Positions 7,205 to 15,245 of a DNA stretch of 20,653 bases are shown piece after piece; position 1 is the stretch's first letter; each line of letters starts with the position of its first letter. Position numbers and translations under genes: made by a program. The stretch comes from a candidate division WOR-3 bacterium (GTDB taxonomy: Bacteria; Hydrothermota; Tepidihabitantia; SM23-42; JAOAFX01): assembly GCA_037444665.1 (NCBI GenBank), contig JBBILZ010000043.1, forward strand, positions 1-20,653, in the 5' to 3' direction. The notes beneath the pieces were generated by a model, which worked only from the letters and a program-made list of their open reading frames with translations, was not told the origin of the DNA and made no database searches.

Positions 7205-7280
7205 ATAAATATAAAAAAGGGGGTGAGACATAAAAAAAAATTGCTTAAAACTAAATAACATAAAAGAAAAGGAGGATTAA

Positions 7281-8315
7281 ATGATAAGGCTGAAATGGCT
7301 AAGTCTATTAGCAATTTTAACATTGGTGTTTATAGGTTGTGGTAATGAACCACCAGAGGAGTTCTATAATGGAACACCACAGGACGATACACTGATTAAT
7401 GCGTTGCTTGATGCGAATGCTGAATATCTTATAACCGATGATTTATTTTTAGACACATATAGCCGGATTGATTCGTTTGTCGTAAGCTTTCCAGTAGCAG
7501 ATTCGTACTTTAAAACAGAATCAATTCTTGTTAAACAACATCTGGACAGTTTGCGTGAGAAAATTGCGTCAAGTACTCGTTTTAAGGACCTCTGGTATAC
7601 CAAAGATACTACCTGCACAGTGTATCTCTTTGATACATTTAACATAATACAGGAGGTCCATTATGACCGATTATACAAAGGTTATTATTTCTGGCAGGGT
7701 GATACTGCTAAAGACCTGGATACAGTGATAGTTGAAGCCACACCAGGTTATTATTCTTATGATACTATAACTGTAGAAGGACTCCGCCATCTTTATGTTG
7801 AACCAGTGAAAGAAAGGGTCTGGGATGAGGAACTTCAGGACTCAGTCTGGAAAATAAAAGAGCCGAGGGAATGGGTTTTGAAGAGAATCTCCTATGGAAA
7901 TTATGGATTGCCCAATCGGAGCGCGGGAATTCCTTATATCTATTATGCAATAGTAACTTCTAAAAATACCTCAAAAGTTGATACCATATGGGCATCAAAT
8001 ACAGATACTCTCTATCAACACCATGCAATGAACCGTTTCTGCGCAATAGATTCGCTATTAGATTATGATGCGGGCGATACGCTGACAATTTCACTGACGC
8101 TTTCTGGAACAATTACGAGTGACCTCTGCTCATTCTTTGCCATTCAGGATGGCAAGAAAGTTCAACTTATTGGTGGCTCAGGTAAGATTGGCATTACTGG
8201 TTCTGGTGTGAAGAATCTTGTATTCGTAGCGATTGTCAATGATGGATTATGCTATGTAAAGCCTGCCAGCCAATTACTTGCAAGATTCTGGCTTATTCCC
8301 ATAAGGGTTAATTGA
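7281..8315 (+). CDS. Uncharacterised lipoprotein (not recognisably SusD/RagB)
   Basis: SD AGGAGG. Signal peptide MIRLKWLSLLAILTLVFIG-C with lipobox Cys20. Beta-strand-like composition with many D-S/T-hydrophobic triplets. Confidence 0.8.
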   Translation: MIRLKWLSLLAILTLVFIGCGNEPPEEFYNGTPQDDTLINALLDANAEYLITDDLFLDTYSRIDSFVVSFPVADSYFKTESILVKQHLDSLREKIASSTRFKDLWYTKDTTCTVYLFDTFNIIQEVHYDRLYKGYYFWQGDTAKDLDTVIVEATPGYYSYDTITVEGLRHLYVEPVKERVWDEELQDSVWKIKEPREWVLKRISYGNYGLPNRSAGIPYIYYAIVTSKNTSKVDTIWASNTDTLYQHHAMNRFCAIDSLLDYDAGDTLTISLTLSGTITSDLCSFFAIQDGKKVQLIGGSGKIGITGSGVKNLVFVAIVNDGLCYVKPASQLLARFWLIPIRVN

Positions 8316-8326
8316 GGAGGTGTATA

Positions 8327-11095
8327 ATGAAAAAATTATTGGCGTTAATCCTTACCACTGCATTTTTGTTCGGTGCAGAATATGGTAAAATTACTGGTAA
8401 GGTAAGGGACGCTGAAACCGGTGAGCCATTGATTGGTGCTGATGTGATTGTAGAAGGAACAGAACTTGGTGCCGCAACAGATGAAAAAGGTGATTATGTG
8501 ATTCTCTATGTTCCTGCAGGAACATATGTGGTTACCGCATCATATTTAGGTTATGACCCATATACTTATACCCAGGTGATTGTCAATGCAGACCAGACTA
8601 CAAATCTCAATTTCAGATTAAAGCCAACAGTAATTGAAGTAGAAAAGGTTACGGTCGTTGCAGAAAAACCACCAATTGTTGCCTCCCAGGTCCAGAGCGG
8701 ACATTCAGTTACATCGCAAGATATATCCCGTCTGCCCGTGACCACAATCAACCAGGTGGTTACACTCCAGGCAGGCGTTTCCACATCAAATCTTGGTACA
8801 CATATTCGTGGTGGCAGGCCTGAAGAGGTAACTTATTATGTGGATGGTATTATGACCAAAGTTCCACATACGGGTGCGCAATCAACACAGATAAATGCTT
8901 CAGCAGTAGAAGAGGTAACAGTTGTCAGTGGTGGTTTTGATGCAGAATATGGTGAAGCACTTTCAGGAATTATCAATGTCGTAACCAAAGAGGGTGGAAC
9001 AAAACCATCAGGTAGCTTCAGATACCTGACCGATGAAGTATTTGCAATGGATGCGCTCAAAGATAAATTGAATACTGGTTATAACTTCTATGACCTATCA
9101 TTTGGTGGTCCTTTACCTGCGTTGTCAAGATTAAAATACTTCCTCTCTGGTGAATTAACATTGACAGATGCTTATGCAGAGGCATTATATAAGGTTCCTT
9201 CACCAAGGAATACATATCGTGCTCAGGGTAGATTCTCCTATACAATGCCCAATAATAAAGGTAAGATTACCTTAAGTGGATTTAATTCAAGGGATCAGTA
9301 TGTGACCTGGTCATCCGGAAGTTTAAAATACTTCAAGAACAGGCCAATGAGCAGAACCAAGAACTATATTCTCTCTTCTACATTTAATTATATGCTCACG
9401 GCAAAGACCCTCTTAACAGTTAAAGGCGGTATGACACACTATGATAGAGTATATGGCAACCGTGATTATGCCTGGGAAGATTCTGCAGGTCATGCATGGT
9501 ATGACGATTATCGTTTCAAAGCAGAACATTGCATAAAGTATATTACTGAAGATTTAATTCCGCCCAAGGATGTTATCGTTGATAGTGTTATGCAGTATCA
9601 TACTGAGTACACGAACCGTGATGTGGCTGCACTCCGTAATAATCCCTATGGTATTGAAGGTCTATTTTACACCTATGGAGACTATCGTGTATGGAGATAC
9701 TGGCAGAATGATGATATCCAGGCAAGATTTGACCTTTCCCATGCAGTGGGTAAAGTTCATGAATTCAAAACCGGTGTTGATTATGTAGGATACAATCTGA
9801 AATACTATGATAACAATCTTCCCTGGGTCACGAATCCATTCTGGGATTATTATGAGCGACAGCCCTTTAAAGTTGCAGCGTATGTTCAGGACAAAATGGA
9901 CTTTGAGGGTTTGATTGCACGGCTTGGACTTAGATTTGATTATTTTGACCCTAAGAGCTTCACCTACAAAGTTCCAAATGACCCAAGGAATGATACACTG
10001 ACATACGCAGACAAGAGTTATCGTATTTCTCCGCGTATTGGTTTTTCTCTGCCAGTTACTGAACGGATGAAATTCCGTTTCAATTATGGACATTATTTCC
10101 AGTTGCCCGCGCTTGATGATATGTTCAGCACAACTGATACAGCAGTGATAAGGCTTGCACTCTCCCGTGGTAATACAATTGTAGGGAATATCTTTATGAA
10201 ACCAGAAAAGACTGTGCAGTATGAAGTTGGTATTGAAAATCAGTTCACAGAGGATGTAGTAATGGGATTTACTGCGTATTTCAAAGATGTATATGACCTG
10301 TCTCAGATTCGTGAAGTTATTGCCTTGCCAATGTCGTATTTCCAGTTCTTCAATGTTGACTACGGCAATATCAAAGGATTTGAAATAAGGTTAGATAAGA
10401 CAATGTCCAATATGTGGGCATTCGGCTTAAGTTATACGCTACAGTTTGCCAAAGGAACTGCGTCTTATGCAGGTGAATTCTATTATGACTACTATTATGG
10501 TGGTACTGACCCGATTACTGGATTACCATTACAGCCACCAGTAATTGATTACTGGCTTGACTTTGATGAACGGAATATCGTGAATGCGAACCTGGACCTC
10601 CAACTGCCTGCTGATTTTGTTTTCATCCCATTGCAGAATTTAAACTCGTCATTTGTATTCTCATACCATTCAGGCCATCCATACACGCCCCTTGACCTGA
10701 GAGGAAATAAGACTGGTGATGAGAATTCTGCAAGGATGCCTGGCTGGTGGAATGTTGATATGAATGCAAGTAGACTTATAAAGGTCGGTCCAGTAAAGTT
10801 CATCTTAACCGCACTTGTTAATAACCTCTTTAATTCAAGACAAATAGTAGAGGTATATCAGACAACTGGTGACCCTGATGATCATGGCGACCCAGAACCT
10901 ACACTGACTCAATTTGGAACCCTGACCATTGGTTCTACCCGCTATTCGCCACAGGCTGATTATAATCATGACGGTATTATTACTCCACCTGAACAGAAAG
11001 AGGCATATATTGCAGCACGAACTGATTATTATCTTGACCCAACAAATTATAATGGTCCGTTCAGAGTTCAGATCGGTATAGGTTTAGGATTTTAG
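8327..11095 (+). CDS. TonB-dependent receptor, Oar-like, with N-terminal carboxypeptidase-regulatory-like domain
   Basis: ATG 8327 follows SD GAGGAGGTG; signal peptide. GKITGKVRDAETGEPLIGADV...AATDEKGDYVI (CarboxypepD_reg-like). Plug HIRGGRPEEVTYYVDG and GGFDAEYGEALSGIINVVTKEG. Barrel motifs AAYVQDK, GLRFDYFDP, ISPRIGFS, KPEKTVQYEVG. C-terminal Phe. Confidence 0.93.
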   Translation: MKKLLALILTTAFLFGAEYGKITGKVRDAETGEPLIGADVIVEGTELGAATDEKGDYVILYVPAGTYVVTASYLGYDPYTYTQVIVNADQTTNLNFRLKPTVIEVEKVTVVAEKPPIVASQVQSGHSVTSQDISRLPVTTINQVVTLQAGVSTSNLGTHIRGGRPEEVTYYVDGIMTKVPHTGAQSTQINASAVEEVTVVSGGFDAEYGEALSGIINVVTKEGGTKPSGSFRYLTDEVFAMDALKDKLNTGYNFYDLSFGGPLPALSRLKYFLSGELTLTDAYAEALYKVPSPRNTYRAQGRFSYTMPNNKGKITLSGFNSRDQYVTWSSGSLKYFKNRPMSRTKNYILSSTFNYMLTAKTLLTVKGGMTHYDRVYGNRDYAWEDSAGHAWYDDYRFKAEHCIKYITEDLIPPKDVIVDSVMQYHTEYTNRDVAALRNNPYGIEGLFYTYGDYRVWRYWQNDDIQARFDLSHAVGKVHEFKTGVDYVGYNLKYYDNNLPWVTNPFWDYYERQPFKVAAYVQDKMDFEGLIARLGLRFDYFDPKSFTYKVPNDPRNDTLTYADKSYRISPRIGFSLPVTERMKFRFNYGHYFQLPALDDMFSTTDTAVIRLALSRGNTIVGNIFMKPEKTVQYEVGIENQFTEDVVMGFTAYFKDVYDLSQIREVIALPMSYFQFFNVDYGNIKGFEIRLDKTMSNMWAFGLSYTLQFAKGTASYAGEFYYDYYYGGTDPITGLPLQPPVIDYWLDFDERNIVNANLDLQLPADFVFIPLQNLNSSFVFSYHSGHPYTPLDLRGNKTGDENSARMPGWWNVDMNASRLIKVGPVKFILTALVNNLFNSRQIVEVYQTTGDPDDHGDPEPTLTQFGTLTIGSTRYSPQADYNHDGIITPPEQKEAYIAARTDYYLDPTNYNGPFRVQIGIGLGF

Positions 11096-11101
11096 GAGGC
11101 T

Positions 11102-14062
11102 ATGATGAAAAATACACTGGCAATTTTACTATTGTTGGCTATTATAGCCTTTGCCAGAACGGCGGTGCCAAATAATCAATACCGTCCGTTCGAAATAAAA
11201 ACTCACAATATAAACAACATTGAGTGTAGTGTATCAAACTATGGGAAATTTGGTCAAACTGAGGCTGGCAATGCCGGTCTCTGGTGGCCCAAAGGTAGTG
11301 GACAGAATTATATCTTTGGTGCAGGTCCCTGGTTTGGTACAATTGTTGATGGAGATACACTCGTTACAATCGGTTATGGTCCACATGGTGGTGAAGCTGA
11401 ATATGTTCCAGGATTAAAAGATATGTCTACGGGTGACCCCAATGCAAAGATATTTATGTATCCGTCGCCCTGGCCACCTCCGGCTGATGTATTCCCAATG
11501 GCACCACAGGTATCAAAGTCTCATCAGGATTCCTGGTGTGCATATAATGACCTTGATGCAAGTTATCACATACCAGGTGATACAAGACCTATCGGACTTG
11601 AAGTGTATCAAACAGTCTATGCCTGGAATTTGAGCACGACCGCAGATATCATTTTTATAAGATACGAACTAAAGAATGTAAGTGGAAGCAAACTTACTAA
11701 TTGCTATTTTGGGGTCTGTACTGATAACGATATTGGCAATGAGTCAGGCACAAATGCGAATGATATTATTAGCGGTATTGTCTGGCAGGAGTACCAGATT
11801 GGCACTGAACTTGATACGGTTGATAATCTTGGATACCAATGGCAGACCGAGGATGAGCCTGGCTGGGATGATGTGGGTGCAATCGGTTTTGATTATCTCC
11901 AGAGCCCCTGGGATTTAAAAGAGAATCAGGATAAAGATAATGATGGTATCCTTGACCAGTATGAAAGGGATAGTGCGTATTATGTAGATAATCTGCCCCA
12001 GACACAATGGGATGTTGATCTTGATGGTACACCTGATTGGCGCGACCCATCACAAATTCCCCAGTTAGGTATGACTGCATTCAAGCGGTTTACCCTCAAT
12101 CTTGAACCGAATAAAGATAATGAGAGGTATGTGACCCTTGCTGGATATAACTTTAAGACCGGTGAATATACACCATTTGATACGATTCCTCCTCAACCTG
12201 ATGACCAGCGATTCTTACAATGCAGTGGACCTTTTGAATTAGAAGCGGATTCAATCGCGATTGTGCTTGTCGGTGTTATGTGCACTTATTGGCCCAGAGG
12301 TGATGTTGAGCGTCCTGATACTGCACTGGTAAAAGTTGATAAGACGGTTCAATATATCTATAATATGAACTGGCTCTTACCTGGACCACCACCACCTCCA
12401 AACCTTACCTGTATTCCAGGTGATGCAAAGATTACTCTGATCTGGGACAACGTTTCAGAGACTACACCTGACCCATACTATGAGGTCGTGAGCAAACCCG
12501 GACCAAATAATGACCCTTACTACAAAAACTACGACTTTGAAGGTTATCGTGTCTGGCGCAGTCCAACAGGCAAGACTGGTACCTGGAAATTATTGGCATC
12601 ATTTGACCTGGCAAACGGCATCACATTTACAGATACATCTGTTCCAGAATCAATTGCCTTGAGTGCAACTGATGTCGGCCTGACCCATTCTTATACAGAT
12701 ACTGATGTGCGTAATGGATTTGGTTACTATTATGCAGTAACTGCGTTTGACTACAATTATATCAAGAGCACATTTGATTCCATTTACCTTGATACATTCT
12801 ATGTCCAACCTGGTGGTGACACAGTATGGGATTATGATACAATCCAAGTTGAAGGTCCAATGCCAATCTATTATGAAAGCGGACAGGTTCCAATTACTGC
12901 TACTCCACGCCGTGACCCGGCAGATTATAGAGAAGGTTCATATACTGTGGAATTTTTAAGTGGAAATGAAAAATTACTCTCAAATATTAGTGCGAAGATT
13001 GTCTATCCATTGAATATGACCGAAGACCCGCAATTCTTGAAATTTGGTCCGATTGTAAGGGATACGATTACCGGAAACCCAATCTATTCTGCTTTCTTAT
13101 GTGATAAAGACACAGTGCCGCTGGATAGCTTTAAAGTTACTATGCCCCTTGATACTTTTGCCCATACCTACTTCTATGAGTTTAAAGAATATAATGGTAT
13201 AAGTGTGACTCCGTGGTTTATCAAAACCAAAGCAAAAGGTAGTGTAGTGATATTTGATACAATCATTAAGGAACCAGGAAGTACATATCCGGATACGCTA
13301 CTTTCATTAAGCTCTTCAATTGTAGGTAGGGCAATAAACTGGGCATATCGGGGTAATGACTTTAAAATAATCTGGAAGAAAAAAGACCCTGCAGGCGAGG
13401 TTAATACAATAACTGTGATTGACCTCCAGACAGGTGATACAATTCCATTTAAACCATATACTGAATCTACGGATACAAGTTCATTGGCTGATGGTTGGTG
13501 TTTCCGTTCACTCACGCAAGCCACTGATACACTCGTTTATGGAAGTGCTTCAACCGGAACCAGGACTATCTATATTTGCAGTGGCAAAATTGGTATTGCC
13601 AAAGGATGGTTCAATGTTGGTGGCGAACCCAGGCCTTCAGAAAATGATGTCTGGACTGTCAGGGCATCAGATGCTTATGTGCCAGCGCCATTTAAATCCA
13701 CATTTGCCATTCATCCTACTCCAGCAGGAATCCTGACCGATACAACCCTCACGCTTAATGTCAAGGTTGTTCCTAATCCATATCTGATTCATAATGAATG
13801 GCAGCAGTCTTCACTCATCAGGAGATTGCGTTTCATTAATCTCCCCAGTGAATGCACGATAAGGATATTTACGCTTAACGGCGATTTGATTAAAACGATT
13901 AAACACAATGCGACGCTCGGTTCAGTTCAAGGTGATGCTGGTGGAGATGAGTGGTGGGACCTTCTGACTGAAAATAGACAGCTTGTTGCAAGCGGTGTTT
14001 ACATCTTCCATGTTGATTCCAAGGTTGGTGAGCAGGTCGGTAAATTTGTTGTTATCCGATAG
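11102..14062 (+). CDS. Large secreted protein with TSP3-like Ca-binding motifs, an FN3-like domain and a T9SS-type/FlgD-Ig C-terminal sorting domain
   Basis: SD AGGAGG 11094-11099 (the second ATG, 11105, is better spaced); signal peptide. DKDNDGILD and DVDLDGTPD motifs. FN3-like PPPPPNL...ITLIWD...DFEGYRVWRS...YYYAVTAFD. CTD VKVVPNPY...LRFINLPSECTIRIFTLNGDLI...WDL...VASGVYIFHV...GKFVVIR. Confidence 0.85.
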   Translation: MMKNTLAILLLLAIIAFARTAVPNNQYRPFEIKTHNINNIECSVSNYGKFGQTEAGNAGLWWPKGSGQNYIFGAGPWFGTIVDGDTLVTIGYGPHGGEAEYVPGLKDMSTGDPNAKIFMYPSPWPPPADVFPMAPQVSKSHQDSWCAYNDLDASYHIPGDTRPIGLEVYQTVYAWNLSTTADIIFIRYELKNVSGSKLTNCYFGVCTDNDIGNESGTNANDIISGIVWQEYQIGTELDTVDNLGYQWQTEDEPGWDDVGAIGFDYLQSPWDLKENQDKDNDGILDQYERDSAYYVDNLPQTQWDVDLDGTPDWRDPSQIPQLGMTAFKRFTLNLEPNKDNERYVTLAGYNFKTGEYTPFDTIPPQPDDQRFLQCSGPFELEADSIAIVLVGVMCTYWPRGDVERPDTALVKVDKTVQYIYNMNWLLPGPPPPPNLTCIPGDAKITLIWDNVSETTPDPYYEVVSKPGPNNDPYYKNYDFEGYRVWRSPTGKTGTWKLLASFDLANGITFTDTSVPESIALSATDVGLTHSYTDTDVRNGFGYYYAVTAFDYNYIKSTFDSIYLDTFYVQPGGDTVWDYDTIQVEGPMPIYYESGQVPITATPRRDPADYREGSYTVEFLSGNEKLLSNISAKIVYPLNMTEDPQFLKFGPIVRDTITGNPIYSAFLCDKDTVPLDSFKVTMPLDTFAHTYFYEFKEYNGISVTPWFIKTKAKGSVVIFDTIIKEPGSTYPDTLLSLSSSIVGRAINWAYRGNDFKIIWKKKDPAGEVNTITVIDLQTGDTIPFKPYTESTDTSSLADGWCFRSLTQATDTLVYGSASTGTRTIYICSGKIGIAKGWFNVGGEPRPSENDVWTVRASDAYVPAPFKSTFAIHPTPAGILTDTTLTLNVKVVPNPYLIHNEWQQSSLIRRLRFINLPSECTIRIFTLNGDLIKTIKHNATLGSVQGDAGGDEWWDLLTENRQLVASGVYIFHVDSKVGEQVGKFVVIR

Positions 14063-14071
14063 GAGGCAAAA

Positions 14072-15184
14072 ATGAAAAGGTACCTAACAATAAGCCTGAT
14101 ATTATTAATTCCCCTGTTTGCAGATTTTGCAAAACTCGGGACATCAGGTGCCCAGTTTTTAAAGATCGGTGTGGGTCGTGGGACAGCAATGGGTGAGGCA
14201 TTTGTTGCAATTTCTGATGATGCCTCAGCAGCCTACTGGAACCCGGCTGGACTGGGTATATTGAACAATCGTCAGATTTCACTCCAGCACAATGAATGGA
14301 TTGCGGATGTAAAACACGAATACCTTTCACTTGCAGTACCACTTTCAAATATGGGAACGCTCGGATTCAGTCTGACTGCCCTGACAATGGGTAAGATGGA
14401 ATATACCACGGTTGATGACCCCAGCACATATACTATAAGAGAAGATACTGGAACCGGAACTTTTTTCAATGCCTCTGATTTTGCCCTGGGAATCTCATTT
14501 GGCAGGATGTTTACTGACCGTCTTGCTGCAGGTTTTACAATAAAAGCAGTTCAGGAGATGATCTGGGATATGTCTGCATCAGGTATTGCTACGGATTTTG
14601 GCATTCACTACAATACAGGTTTTAAGGGTTTGAAGATTGCAGCGTCAATGGCAAATTTTGGTTCAGATATTTCCTTTGGTGGCAGGCAGTTAGATCAATC
14701 AGTAAGTCCTTTTCCAGATTCACCAATTGATTATGAGCAGATTCCTATTACTCTAAAGACCACGCCGTTTCCCTTACCACTAATCTTCAGATTTGGTCTG
14801 GCAATGAATCCAGTAGATAATGAATCTCAGCGATTAACTGTTGCCCTTGATTTGAACCATCCAAACGATAATTATGAAACAATAAATCTCGGATTTGAAT
14901 ATGGTTATTTAAATACCATATTCCTGAGAACCGGTTATAAAATGTACCTGAATATGGACTATATGAAGGCAATGACCGGTGCTGAACCTGTATATGATTC
15001 TGTGGCAGAAAAATATACCTATCCAAACTGGGGTGAGAATACTGAATGGTTGTTGAATAATCTCTGTGCTGGTGTAGGATTCAATCTCAAAATGGCTGAG
15101 CGAGAACTGCACATTGATTATACTTATATGAATAAAGGTGTTCTCAAAGCGACGCATCGTATTGGATTACTGATTGGGTTCTAA
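14072..15184 (+). CDS. PorV/PorQ (UPF0164) family outer-membrane beta-barrel, FadL-like
   Basis: GTSGAQFLKIGVG-RGTAMGEAFVAISDDASAAYWNPAGL N-terminal signature; DFGIHY, NFG, PLPLIFRFG, LDLNHPND; C-terminal HRIGLLIGF. SD AGGAGG overlaps the upstream stop. Confidence 0.88.
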   Translation: MKRYLTISLILLIPLFADFAKLGTSGAQFLKIGVGRGTAMGEAFVAISDDASAAYWNPAGLGILNNRQISLQHNEWIADVKHEYLSLAVPLSNMGTLGFSLTALTMGKMEYTTVDDPSTYTIREDTGTGTFFNASDFALGISFGRMFTDRLAAGFTIKAVQEMIWDMSASGIATDFGIHYNTGFKGLKIAASMANFGSDISFGGRQLDQSVSPFPDSPIDYEQIPITLKTTPFPLPLIFRFGLAMNPVDNESQRLTVALDLNHPNDNYETINLGFEYGYLNTIFLRTGYKMYLNMDYMKAMTGAEPVYDSVAEKYTYPNWGENTEWLLNNLCAGVGFNLKMAERELHIDYTYMNKGVLKATHRIGLLIGF

Positions 15185-15192
15185 GAAAGATA

Positions 15193-15224
15193 GGGTGGGG
15201 TTCTGATAAATCAGGACCCCACCC
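15193..15224. other. Strong 14-bp GC-rich intergenic hairpin (terminator-like, no + strand U-tract)
   Basis: GGGTGGGGTTCTGA (15193-15206), loop TAAA, TCAGGACCCCACCC (15211-15224), one U-G pair. Followed on + by CAGAAAAGAAAAGAGG rather than Ts. Confidence 0.75.
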
Positions 15225-15245
15225 CAGAAAAGAAAAGAGGTAGTG

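Noticed and set aside
7281..11095. SusC/SusD (PUL) interpretation
   Set aside because: The TBDT lacks the SusC-type DA...AIYGSRAANGV plug signature, the lipoprotein is upstream and not helical/TPR-like, and no clear glycoside hydrolase or PUL regulator is present.
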